64,000 nt of DNA from a virus: positions 1 through 64,000 of the IMG/VR virus record IMGVR_UViG_3300031949_000022; one strand, given 5' to 3'. Position numbers and translations under genes: made by a program. The notes under the pieces are model-generated. The model did not search any database. It was given only the letters and a program-made list of their open reading frames with translations, and was not told the DNA's origin. Of this stretch, positions 41,683 to 49,939 are shown one piece after another (the first letter of the stretch is position 1; every line of letters begins with the position of its first letter).

Positions 41683-41924
41683 GCCGCATCGCTCCTCTCG
41701 ACCCGCCGAATCGCCTTGAGCACCCACGCCGGAATCTTCGTCTTCGCGTTCTCCCAGTCGCAGAGCGAGTCCACGCTGGCACCAGCCCCGAGCCAGGCCG
41801 CCGCGACCGGCCTCGACCAGCCAAGCGAACACCTCCACGAGCGGAGCTCCTGGCTCGCCTCACGTTCGCATCGCCGACGATCCTCCGTTGTCAGCGGAGG
41901 GAGATATCGCAGGTTGCCCCTCAT
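41679..41924 (-). CDS. XRE-type HTH protein
   Basis: RSWRCSLGWSRPVAAAWLGAGASVDSLCDWENAKTKIP. Confidence 0.55.
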   Translation of the reverse strand: MRGNLRYLPPLTTEDRRRCEREASQELRSWRCSLGWSRPVAAAWLGAGASVDSLCDWENAKTKIPAWVLKAIRRVERSDAA

Positions 41925-42106
41925 GACTCTCGCCTTTCCAGCTCCTGCAGCTCCTCGATTCCAGCCAGCAACACGTCGAGCTCAACGGCCCGGCGTGCAC
42001 GCTCGACATCCTCGCCGGTCCGGGCCGCGCGGGCCTCGGCGAGCTCGGTCAAGAGCGCGTCGTACGTCGAGGGCAGGACGAGAATGGGGAAGGCGATGGG
42101 ATTCAT
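41921..42106 (-). CDS. hypothetical protein (61 aa)
   Basis: ORF, 4-nt overlaps both sides. Confidence 0.5.
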   Translation of the reverse strand: MNPIAFPILVLPSTYDALLTELAEARAARTGEDVERARRAVELDVLLAGIEELQELERRES

Positions 42107-42372
42107 GACCTCACCCTCCTCGCCTCGAACCCCAATGCCCCCAGCGTCTTTCCGAGTAGGTGCTTCACTACCCAGGCCTCGAGTTTGGCGGCCACTGCCT
42201 CGGGGGTCTTCCCGCGGTGGAAGGAATCACCGAACGGGGCGCATCCACCGGTGCATGGCAGTCCACCAGTGCCATCGATCAGGAACAGCAGCTTGCCAAC
42301 CCGAAGCTTCCAGTCATCCCCGTCGCGTCGCATCCGGTGGCCGAAGATGGTCGGGACGGCGAGGGGCTTCAC
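42103..42372 (-). CDS. hypothetical protein (89 aa)
   Basis: Start moved to GTG 42372 (GTGA overlap). Confidence 0.5.
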   Translation of the reverse strand: MKPLAVPTIFGHRMRRDGDDWKLRVGKLLFLIDGTGGLPCTGGCAPFGDSFHRGKTPEAVAAKLEAWVVKHLLGKTLGALGFEARRVRS

Positions 42373-42617
42373 GCGGCGTCCCCCGCGGGACTCTCCGATT
42401 CGGCGGGCTCGTCGACGGCGGGCTCGTCCCACCAGGTCCACGGGATCCCGAGTTCATCCTCGAGCGACTTCCTGTTCAGCCCATCTGGCTTCTGGTCACC
42501 CCGTCGCCAGCGCAGGACGACCGACGGGGAAGTTCCAAGCTCCGCGGCCAGGTCCTGTTGGGCCCCGCGCTTATCCAACAACCGGGCCAACCGACGCGAC
42601 CCACGAGACTCTGCCAT
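42369..42617 (-). CDS. Cro-like HTH regulator, first gene of leftward operon
   Basis: LARLLDKRGAQQDLAAELGTSPSVVLRWRRGDQKP; divergent from the CI-like gene. Confidence 0.7.
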   Translation of the reverse strand: MAESRGSRRLARLLDKRGAQQDLAAELGTSPSVVLRWRRGDQKPDGLNRKSLEDELGIPWTWWDEPAVDEPAESESPAGDAA

Positions 42618-42624
42618 GCGGCTG

Positions 42625-42660
42625 AGGCTGTTACTACTTAGTTACGTTGTCAAGTAGTAA
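42625..42660 (-). promoter_or_regulatory. leftward promoter with overlapping inverted-repeat operator
   Basis: On minus strand TTGACA (42653-42648)-N17-CAGCCT (42630-42625)-N7-ATG 42617; inverted repeat TTACTACTT 42631-42639 / AAGTAGTAA 42652-42660. Confidence 0.5.
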
Positions 42661-42709
42661 TCACACATCGGGGGTTGAATGCCGCATTACCAGTAGGGAA
42701 GATTGAAGG

Positions 42710-43066
42710 GTGCCACGCAAAAACGACCTCCCTCTGCCCGCTCAGTTACACACGTTCCCCGAGCGGCTGCGTCTTGCTCGACGGTGGGCCGGACTCGGAG
42801 TCAACGAACTCGGAACGAAGAGCGGTTCGAGCGGGGCCGTCATTAGCCGGGCCGAATCCGGTGATCGAATCCCGGAGACAGCCGTCATCGTCCGCATAGC
42901 GGAGAAGCTCGGGGTCCGCGTTGGATGGCTCCTGTCCGGTGAAGAGCCGATGGTCCTGACGATCATCGCCGCTGAGGACAACGCCAGCGCCATCAAGGAA
43001 GCCCAGAAGCGCAACCCGGAGGGCAACGACTCCGAGCGTAGAGGACGGGGCCAGCGCCGCACGTAG
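42710..43066 (+). CDS. CI-like XRE-family repressor
   Basis: FPERLRLARRWAGLGVNELGTKSGSSGAVISRAESGDRIPETAVIVRIAEKLGVRVGWLL; GTG start; divergent from Cro-like gene. Confidence 0.75.
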   Translation: MPRKNDLPLPAQLHTFPERLRLARRWAGLGVNELGTKSGSSGAVISRAESGDRIPETAVIVRIAEKLGVRVGWLLSGEEPMVLTIIAAEDNASAIKEAQKRNPEGNDSERRGRGQRRT

Positions 43067-43252
43067 GGAAGCGACGAAGCGCCTCGACCCATAGACGGAT
43101 GCGAGTTGCACCCGAGCCCAGAATAGCCTCGCCTCATACACGTCCCCGACGGCCTTCCTCACCAGCAACACACACCCACCCATGATGTAAGCCCTCCCGG
43201 TCCAGTTTTGGACCAAACGGCGGCCTGCGGAGAAACTTCAGGCTGCGGTCTG

Positions 43253-43288
43253 TTACCACTTGACAACGTTACCTCGTGGTAATAGTCT
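43253..43288 (+). promoter_or_regulatory. rightward promoter with overlapping inverted-repeat operator
   Basis: TTGACA 43260-43265-N17-TAGTCT 43283-43288-N7-ATG 43296; inverted repeat TTACCAC 43253-43259 / GTGGTAA 43276-43282; aligns base-for-base with the leftward module. Confidence 0.5.
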
Positions 43289-43295
43289 GCAAGAC

Positions 43296-43601
43296 ATGGC
43301 ACCCCGCACCCCGCAGAGCTCACCCAGCGCCATCGCCATGCCTGGGGACTCGCCGATACCGGCTGGTTGGCACCAGCGCCAGGACGCGGCGGCTCGAGAG
43401 GAGCGGAGCCACCCCAGCCAGAGGAGACCAGCCGTGTCCGTCACCACGATGACGACCGCCCGCGCAATCCCCGGCGGCGTCGAGATCACCACTGTCACTA
43501 TCACCCGCGTCAGCGAGCCACCGCCCCGCCCCGTCCTCGAGACGACCGGGGAGGAAGTCACTGAGCACTGCCGCGTGATCGCGCTCCGGAGGGCGGCATG
43601 A
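43296..43601 (+). CDS. hypothetical protein (101 aa), first gene of rightward operon
   Basis: ATG 43296 sits 7 nt after the putative -10 hexamer. Confidence 0.45.
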   Translation: MAPRTPQSSPSAIAMPGDSPIPAGWHQRQDAAAREERSHPSQRRPAVSVTTMTTARAIPGGVEITTVTITRVSEPPPRPVLETTGEEVTEHCRVIALRRAA

Positions 43602-43807
43602 CCTTCTGGCCCATCCTCGTGATGCTCGGTATTTCGCTGGCCATGAACGCGGTCGCTGTGTACCGAGCGCTGACTAGGCAGCACAGAATTGCATCCGCAA
43701 AGGCCGCGGAACGCCGACGGTGGCTCATCCGTAGGGGATGGACACCGATGTGCTTCCACGGAATCGAGACATTGATCCCGCCGCCACCGCCGCCGAGGGT
43801 CCAATGA
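43598..43807 (+). CDS. small membrane protein (69 aa)
   Basis: TM segment FWPILVMLGISLAMNAVAVY; ATGA overlap. Confidence 0.55.
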   Translation: MTFWPILVMLGISLAMNAVAVYRALTRQHRIASAKAAERRRWLIRRGWTPMCFHGIETLIPPPPPPRVQ

Positions 43808-43920
43808 AGCTCACCCCCACCGACAAGCGCGAATCGAAGCGGGCGCGCCGCCAGCGCCGGGCCCGGGAGCGCGCCGAAGGCACCGCTCAGCGAGACAGCC
43901 AAGGGAGGCACATCCGATGA
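43804..43920 (+). CDS. 38-aa basic mini-protein
   Basis: ATGA overlaps at both ends; MKLTPTDKRESKRARRQRRARERAEG.. Confidence 0.4.
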   Translation: MKLTPTDKRESKRARRQRRARERAEGTAQRDSQGRHIR

Positions 43921-44204
43921 GCCGCCCCGCACCCGAGCCCGTACCCTGCCGCCCCGCGAAGCGGAGCGCCGTCCGCACCGACGACCTCCGCGCAGCTTCC
44001 GCGCTGGCTGTCGTGTGCGGGGCAGACGCGAATCTCGACCGCTGGACCGAGGACAACCCGGGGCCCGCGCTCAGAATTGCGGCCCTCACGATCGCGAAGT
44101 GGCAGGGCGACGACCTGACTGCCGAGCTGTCGCGACGGCTGCGCGTGGCATCAGCACACGGAGCACTGACCGCCATCGAGGCGTTCGAGCGGGGGGCAGC
44201 GTGA
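43917..44204 (+). CDS. hypothetical protein (95 aa)
   Basis: ORF, ATGA overlap. Confidence 0.5.
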   Translation: MSRPAPEPVPCRPAKRSAVRTDDLRAASALAVVCGADANLDRWTEDNPGPALRIAALTIAKWQGDDLTAELSRRLRVASAHGALTAIEAFERGAA

Positions 44205-44389
44205 CCTCCGCACAGGCCGTTCGCCTCCAGGTGCTGACGGTCGCCGCGCGCCTCGGCGTGCCTCTGGAAACGGTGGAGTCGTGGCCGCAGGAGAGCCACG
44301 GGATGACCACGATCGACGGCGTCCACCACCGATTGGTCGAAGACACCCGCGACACCGACCGGTGCCCGCCACCGTGGGAGGAGTCATGA
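44201..44389 (+). CDS. hypothetical 62-aa protein, possible HTH
   Basis: GTGA overlap; AARLGVPLETVESW. Confidence 0.45.
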   Translation: MTSAQAVRLQVLTVAARLGVPLETVESWPQESHGMTTIDGVHHRLVEDTRDTDRCPPPWEES

Positions 44390-44820
44390 TCCCGCGACCC
44401 TCAACAACACACCGTCGCCCTACTGGTTTCGAGGTGCACGAGCATTGGTATATCACGGGCCAAAAGGCACGAATCAGCGGTTCCAGATTGAATCACTCGC
44501 ACGCAGGAGGGAATCTCCCGCACGTTCACGAGGACGAGATCCAACGAACTGGTCCGGGAGCCTATACGATCGACAGGGACGCTTGGATGCGCGAAACTGG
44601 GTTGCGCGGTGGGGGTCGAAAGAGATTCACCAGTAAGCCCACTGGTGAGCAACTTCCGATTGTTGCTGTCAGCCCACCGCAAATCGATGTCGTAATCGTG
44701 GGGGATGGCGGCGCAGCTATTGCGGGTGCTGCACAGGGTCCTGGAACCGCGCCCATCGTCAGATTGTGCCTGGGCATGCTGGCTGAAGTAGCGAGCGTCA
44801 AACAGGTGGCGGCATGCTGA
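44386..44820 (+). CDS. hypothetical protein (144 aa)
   Basis: ATGA overlap at 44386. Confidence 0.5.
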   Translation: MIPRPSTTHRRPTGFEVHEHWYITGQKARISGSRLNHSHAGGNLPHVHEDEIQRTGPGAYTIDRDAWMRETGLRGGGRKRFTSKPTGEQLPIVAVSPPQIDVVIVGDGGAAIAGAAQGPGTAPIVRLCLGMLAEVASVKQVAAC

Positions 44821-45092
44821 TTGACGGAGGCCTCGTGGTCACGATCGCGCCGGAGCAGGAGCCGCAGGCCTGGGCAGATCCGGTGGATGGTGTCGTGCTC
44901 GATCTCGACGACGACCTGCGGGTCTTCGTGACCATGGCGCAGGCGGGAATTCTTTGGGCCGCTCTGGACGACCTGTTGGCATCCAAGATCCTGTCTACAC
45001 CACCCGCGGACGACCGCGACCCGGACGACGACGACGACCCCGACGACCGCGACCCGACGGTCAACGAGCTGCTGGACCGAGGGGGGGTATGA
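44814..45092 (+). CDS. hypothetical acidic protein (92 aa)
   Basis: ORF; Asp/Pro-rich C-terminus. Confidence 0.5.
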   Translation: MLIDGGLVVTIAPEQEPQAWADPVDGVVLDLDDDLRVFVTMAQAGILWAALDDLLASKILSTPPADDRDPDDDDDPDDRDPTVNELLDRGGV

Positions 45093-45105
45093 AAAAAGAC
45101 TCGAG

Positions 45106-45121
45106 GCCGACTTCGGTCGGC
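45106..45121. terminator. GC hairpin GCCGAC-TTCG-GTCGGC after an operon segment
   Basis: Perfect 6-bp stem with TTCG loop; A6 run upstream (a T run on the minus strand, 8 nt away), no plus-strand U tract. Confidence 0.3.
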
Positions 45122-45342
45122 GCGCATGCGGGGGACTACAGCCCCAACGCCTGTAGTGCTGATGGCGCGGCGGCGATCCCGCGCTCGGAGAACGTCGGAA
45201 ACCGAAACGCTACCCAAACTGCCCGCCGTGCAGACGTGCACACAACGACGGAGGCCGCGGTCTCTGTCGGGGTGGGTGCAAGTAGAAGATGTGACAGCCG
45301 GGAGAGACCGGCAATTCCCCGCGAGCTGGACCGAGGTGGGAT

Positions 45343-45603
45343 GTGAACACTCAATCAAGATCGATGACAGTATCCTACTTCGTCGACGACAAAGAGGCGT
45401 TGAACGGCGTAGTTCGCCACGACAAGAATGGACCGTACTCCGTGCTCGAAATTGGCGAGGTGACGTTCTTCGGATTCTCGTCCGACCAGCTCGAAGAACT
45501 CGCGGTCCAGTGCCGACAGACAGCTTCGGCTCTGAGGCGTGCACAGCAGGAGATCCATCGGGACCGCGATGACGCCATGGTTGAGGCGCGAGGTGAGCTG
45601 TGA
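45343..45603 (+). CDS. hypothetical protein (86 aa)
   Basis: GTG 45343 or ATG 45364; follows a 250-bp gap. Confidence 0.5.
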   Translation: MNTQSRSMTVSYFVDDKEALNGVVRHDKNGPYSVLEIGEVTFFGFSSDQLEELAVQCRQTASALRRAQQEIHRDRDDAMVEARGEL

Positions 45604-46211
45604 CCGACCCAATCCTAGCCTGGCATTTCCTCCCTGCCGACCGTCGCCTCGCCAACGGCGACGGACGCCTAGTCACACCAGGATCTCGTCTGACTGTCTA
45701 CGGGTCCATCGTGCTGTGTGAACACGAACTGCACGCAAGCGTCCGAGCAATCGACGCTCTAAGCGTCCGAGCAATCGACGCTCTCCAGTATGCGTCTGGA
45801 CCCATCATCTGCCGGGTCGTCGTCGACGGCGTTGTATCCGGAGACGACCAGATCGCTGGAACGTCACGTCGTTGCCTGTGGCTCGTTGATGGCACTCGAT
45901 TGCTGCGCGAGTTTGCGTGCTGCTGTGCACGCCAAGCGTTGGCGCTAAGCGCCTATCCTGACCCGCGTAGCTTTGCAGCAATCGACGTCGCCGAGCGGTT
46001 CGCTCGCGGCGAAGCTACGAGCGAAGAGCTGTTCGCCGCCAGTGCCGTCGCCAGTGTCGTCGCCAGTGCCGCAGCCTGGGCCGCCACCAGGGCCGACGCC
46101 TGGGCCGCCGCCGGGGCCGCCGCTTGGGACACCGCCGGGGACGCACAGAATACCGAACTCGAGCGTCGGATCAGAGCCGCGCATCGGGCGCAGTGCGGAG
46201 GTGAGCTGTGA
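45600..46211 (+). CDS. conserved hypothetical protein with Ala/Trp-rich C-terminal repeats
   Basis: 203 aa; GTGA overlap; contains an in-frame 24-bp tandem duplication. Confidence 0.55.
   Translation: MTDPILAWHFLPADRRLANGDGRLVTPGSRLTVYGSIVLCEHELHASVRAIDALSVRAIDALQYASGPIICRVVVDGVVSGDDQIAGTSRRCLWLVDGTRLLREFACCCARQALALSAYPDPRSFAAIDVAERFARGEATSEELFAASAVASVVASAAAWAATRADAWAAAGAAAWDTAGDAQNTELERRIRAAHRAQCGGEL
45737..45784 (+). repeat. perfect 24-bp tandem duplication (2 copies)
   Basis: AAGCGTCCGAGCAATCGACGCTCT x2, encoding SVRAIDAL twice. Confidence 0.9.
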
Positions 46212-46681
46212 GCCTATTTCTCTCCGAGGCCGCCCGGCAACTCGAGGCGGAGCGAGATGCGATGATGGCCGAAAATGAAGAGCTCGACGGGCGTCGACTG
46301 GATGAGGTCGAAAACCGCGCACGGGCTGAAACAGAGCGCGACGCCGCCCGAGAGGACGTTGGCGCCCTACAGGTCATCGTCCGCGGCCTGACCGAGGAGC
46401 GCGATCAGCTGCGGGAGCGGATCGCGTCCCTCGAGGCCGAGGCGGATCGTTACCATGTCGAACGCGACGACGCAGTTGGTCAGCTTCTGAAATTACGAGC
46501 AGAACGCGACGCGGCCCGCGTCGAGACAGTCCGCTCCGGCCAGCGCCTCACCCGCATCCGGACCGTGGCGAGGATGGCAGAGCAGTTCATCGGAACTCGT
46601 GTGGACTGTTCACCCGGATGCGACTGTGTAGAGTGCTGCCTGCGGGCGGCCATCTACCAGCTCGAGGAAGGGGACGTCTGA
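46208..46681 (+). CDS. coiled-coil protein with C-terminal Cys cluster (157 aa)
   Basis: ERD-rich coiled coil; CSPGCDCVECC. Confidence 0.55.
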   Translation: MSLFLSEAARQLEAERDAMMAENEELDGRRLDEVENRARAETERDAAREDVGALQVIVRGLTEERDQLRERIASLEAEADRYHVERDDAVGQLLKLRAERDAARVETVRSGQRLTRIRTVARMAEQFIGTRVDCSPGCDCVECCLRAAIYQLEEGDV

Positions 46682-46893
46682 TGGCTGTCGTACTCAGGGA
46701 TCCGTGTGAATGGGATCCTCTCAATGACCGGCTCAACGAAGGGATCATGATGAGCGACGGAACCTGGACAGCAATGCAAGGGTGCCGTCACGAGGCCGAC
46801 GTGATGGTAGGCAGAGATGGGCTGCGACTTTGCAGATCGTGCGCTCTGCTCCCACGTTTCCGTAGGTTCCGGATCCGGAAGGAGATCCGCTGA
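46681..46893 (+). CDS. hypothetical 70-aa Cys-containing protein
   Basis: ATG shares 1 nt with upstream stop (TGATG). Confidence 0.45.
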   Translation: MAVVLRDPCEWDPLNDRLNEGIMMSDGTWTAMQGCRHEADVMVGRDGLRLCRSCALLPRFRRFRIRKEIR

Positions 46894-47039
46894 TGTTCCG
46901 CCGCTACCCGACCCACCAGATGGTCAACTATTGCGACTGGGCCAGCTGGTACTTCGCCACCGGATACCCCGGCATGGCCGCACTGCTGGTGCGGTGCTCC
47001 GCACACTTGATCGAGCGCTGCTACAGGGAGGCGTGTTGA
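46893..47039 (+). CDS. hypothetical 48-aa protein
   Basis: Not in ORF track as such; TGATG junctions at both ends; MFRRYPTHQMVNYCDWASWYFATGYPG.. Confidence 0.4.
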   Translation: MFRRYPTHQMVNYCDWASWYFATGYPGMAALLVRCSAHLIERCYREAC

Positions 47040-47248
47040 TGCCGGCTATAATCGACTACTACGTCACGGTCTGCAAGGAATGCAGGACAGCGTCCTGCTG
47101 GCATGGCGAATTCATGTGCCAGAAGGCACAGCATGCCGACGTTGTCGATGTGCTAGCCAGCGTGCTGTGTGCCGAGAACAGGGAGCACCCCGAGAACTAC
47201 TCACGCGAGAAGCTGCTCGATGTGTGCGGTGTGGTGAGGGACGCCTGA
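47039..47248 (+). CDS. hypothetical 69-aa Cys-rich protein
   Basis: MPAIIDYYVTVCKECRTASCWHGEFMC..; TGATG junctions. Confidence 0.45.
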   Translation: MPAIIDYYVTVCKECRTASCWHGEFMCQKAQHADVVDVLASVLCAENREHPENYSREKLLDVCGVVRDA

Positions 47249-47469
47249 TGCCGACCATCAAGTTGACCTACACGGAACCAGAGCACGCCGAGCTCGAGAC
47301 CGAGGCCAAGCGACAGGGCAAGACCCTGTACCAATTCGTCTGGTCGACTCCGCTGTTGGTCGCGCGAGCACAGGCGGAGCTCACCAAGATGGAGTCGATC
47401 AAGCGGTCGAGCATCATTAGCACTCAGTGGCCGCGCAACAGCTCAATCGAGCCGGGTGCGGACAAGTGA
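47248..47469 (+). CDS. hypothetical 73-aa protein, possible ribbon-helix-helix
   Basis: MPTIKLTYTEPEHAELETEAKRQGKTLYQFVW. Confidence 0.4.
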   Translation: MPTIKLTYTEPEHAELETEAKRQGKTLYQFVWSTPLLVARAQAELTKMESIKRSSIISTQWPRNSSIEPGADK

Positions 47470-47771
47470 CGACTCAACTCACCTGGGCCCAGCGTGCACG
47501 CAACTGGTCGCTACGATGCAGCGTCACGCTCCCAGGCTGCCCGTGGGCAATGCGGCTCATCGAGCGCAAGACCGACGACGACGTCAAGCGAGACGTCTTG
47601 CTCGTTCAGGCCGGACTGATGGGCGCGATCGCGGAGCTGTGCGGAGTCTGTCCCGTCAACCGGAGCCGGGTTGATGAGCTGCTCGAGCGAACACGCGAGG
47701 CTGAGCTGCTACTGTTTCAGATCGAGCGCCGGCGCGAGAATCGGTATCCGACGAACATGACCCCGGTGTGA
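47466..47771 (+). CDS. hypothetical protein (101 aa)
   Basis: GTGA overlap at 47466. Confidence 0.45.
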   Translation: MTTQLTWAQRARNWSLRCSVTLPGCPWAMRLIERKTDDDVKRDVLLVQAGLMGAIAELCGVCPVNRSRVDELLERTREAELLLFQIERRRENRYPTNMTPV

Positions 47772-47798
47772 GTCGGGAAAAGCAGTAGGACAAGTCCA

Positions 47799-48875
47799 AT
47801 GACCATCCACATCCGCGCCTCATCGACTCCGCAGATCATGCGCTGCGCCGGCAGCCTCTACCCGGAGCCCAGCGAGCTACTGATCGACCAGGACAGCGAC
47901 GCGGCCGACATGGGCACCGCGGCGCACGCGGCGGCGGCAGTGCTCGTCCAGAGCGGCAGCATTCCGTGGGACACGCTCCCGGACGACGCCGAGCTTAGGA
48001 TGCTGTGCGCTCTGGCGACCAAGCTTTGGCGCCGGGTCGAAGCGTCGTATCCGAACGCGATGACCGAGGTCTCTCTGCGCTACGAGACCGGCGGCATCGT
48101 CGTCACCGGGCACGCCGACATTCTGTCGATCGGTGGATCGATCGCGAGGCTTGCAGACTGGAAGTACGGCCGAAAAGACTCAGACTACTCCGCTCAGCTG
48201 AAGACCTACGCGGCTCTCGTCCTCTACCAGCACCCCGAACTGACGCAGGCCACGAGTACGATCCTGTGGGTCCGCGACCAGGAGATCGAGAGCTACACGA
48301 TGGGCCAGCGTGAAGCCCGCGAATGGCTGGAAGAACTAGCCTCGTCGGTCATCGACTGGAACGGCGTCTACACCACCGGATCGCACTGCCAGTGGTGCCA
48401 GCGGACAGCGTCGTGCCCTGCATCTCGCGCGATGGTGCGGCGCTCAGTCGAGGCCTTCGTGCCGGGCAACGCGGCGGACCAGCTCGCGGCCATGACGCCC
48501 GACCAAGTGATCTCCCTACTCGACACAGCCAAGCTGGTCGAGCGGTACGCGAAGGCTGCGCAGCAGGTGGTCCGAGACCTCGTGGTTGCCACCGGCGACG
48601 TCGTCGGCTCGGGGCATCGGCTCACGCTCGAGGCAACGCATCCCCGGGAACTCGACCCACTGAAGGCGTTCCCTGTGCTAGAATCAATAGGGTTCGGGGA
48701 CATGGAGCTCGCCCAGTGCGTGGACGTTAGCCTCAGCAAAGCCGAGGACATCGTGCGGAAGCGGGCCCAGCGAGGGCAGGGCGCTGCGTCCGTACGTGAG
48801 CTCGTTACTGCCCTCGATGATGCGGGGGCAATCACCAGGAAGACAAGCTACCGACTCGTGAGCAAACGAGTCTAG
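47799..48875 (+). CDS. PD-(D/E)XK exonuclease, Cas4/DUF2800-like
   Basis: GHADILS...LADWKYG...AQLKTYAALVL and C-terminal Cys cluster HCQWCQRTASCP. Confidence 0.7.
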   Translation: MTIHIRASSTPQIMRCAGSLYPEPSELLIDQDSDAADMGTAAHAAAAVLVQSGSIPWDTLPDDAELRMLCALATKLWRRVEASYPNAMTEVSLRYETGGIVVTGHADILSIGGSIARLADWKYGRKDSDYSAQLKTYAALVLYQHPELTQATSTILWVRDQEIESYTMGQREAREWLEELASSVIDWNGVYTTGSHCQWCQRTASCPASRAMVRRSVEAFVPGNAADQLAAMTPDQVISLLDTAKLVERYAKAAQQVVRDLVVATGDVVGSGHRLTLEATHPRELDPLKAFPVLESIGFGDMELAQCVDVSLSKAEDIVRKRAQRGQGAASVRELVTALDDAGAITRKTSYRLVSKRV

Positions 48876-48886
48876 GAGGACAGCGA

Positions 48887-49738
48887 ATGGCAACCGACAA
48901 GCTATCGACCGTAGACCAAGCGACCAAAGACATCGAGGTCGTGCTCGAGCAGTGCAACGCGGCGGCGCTGCGCGAAATGCCAGTGCTCCGTCAAGCGGTC
49001 ATCTTGGCCACCGGCGTCACGCAGATCCGTCGCTGCCTGACCGACGACATCATGCGCTCTGTGTTCATGCCGCTGCAGGGGTCTGCGCTCGGGTTCGTGA
49101 CCGACAAGGATCGCGACGGAGGCTATGACCTGCCGACCGTGCGTAACGTCGTCGTCGAAGCGCTGATCCACGGGTTCTATCCGGTCGGAAACGAGATCAA
49201 CATCATCGCTGGTAGGATGTACGGGGCCAAGAACGGGTTCGCGCGGAAGGTGCGAGAGTTCGAGGGGTTGTCCGATCTGATCATCACACCCGGCGTCCCC
49301 GTGATGAAAGACGGCGGAGCGATCGTGCCGATGCGCGCGACGTGGATGGTCTCAGGTAAACCGTACACCATGATCCGTGATGTCACCAAGACCGCCGACG
49401 GGACCGTGCACGACAGCCGGATACCGGTCAAGGTCAACTCCGGGATGGGCGTTGACGCCGTGATCGGGAAGGCAACCCGAAAGATGCTGAAGTCGATCTA
49501 CGACATGCTGAGCGGGTCAGTCCTGACCATCGAGGACGGCGAGATCGGAGAGGTAATCACGGCCGAAGGTGTCTCGGTGAACACGGAAGCGTCCCCGGCG
49601 CCTGCAGATCCCGAGCAGGACGGGCGCCGAATCAAGCTCGGTAAGAAGGCAGAGAAGAGCGGAGTGGAGACGCTATCTGAGTCCATTCCGTACGGCAACG
49701 GCAGCCCCGCGGAGACTCGTCAACCGGGTGAGGACTGA
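48887..49738 (+). CDS. single-strand annealing protein candidate (RecT/Red-beta-like)
   Basis: Position after the exonuclease; EALIHGFYPVGNEINIIAGRMYGAKNGFARK loosely RecT-like. Confidence 0.45.
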   Translation: MATDKLSTVDQATKDIEVVLEQCNAAALREMPVLRQAVILATGVTQIRRCLTDDIMRSVFMPLQGSALGFVTDKDRDGGYDLPTVRNVVVEALIHGFYPVGNEINIIAGRMYGAKNGFARKVREFEGLSDLIITPGVPVMKDGGAIVPMRATWMVSGKPYTMIRDVTKTADGTVHDSRIPVKVNSGMGVDAVIGKATRKMLKSIYDMLSGSVLTIEDGEIGEVITAEGVSVNTEASPAPADPEQDGRRIKLGKKAEKSGVETLSESIPYGNGSPAETRQPGED

Positions 49739-49939
49739 CCCCAACCCCCATGCCCCTCCCCCGTGGAACCAGAGCACCTGAGCCTCCAGCCCGCCTCTCC
49801 GGCTGCGCTTGGTGCTCTGGTCTTGCGGGGGAGCGTCATGACCTGCGCGCAGAGCTATCAGCGAGAGCACCGGGCGTCCTCCCCCGCGACCGTGCCCGTT
49901 GATAGCTTTGCTCGTGGTCATGATCACAAGGAGGACAAC

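Noticed and set aside
43067-43252. Minus-strand ORFs 42742..43137 and 42746..43216 opposite or downstream of the CI-like gene
   Set aside because: They are antisense to a gene with a clear HTH motif, have no RBS, and give low-complexity translations. The region is better explained as the CI 3' end plus the spacer before the rightward promoter.
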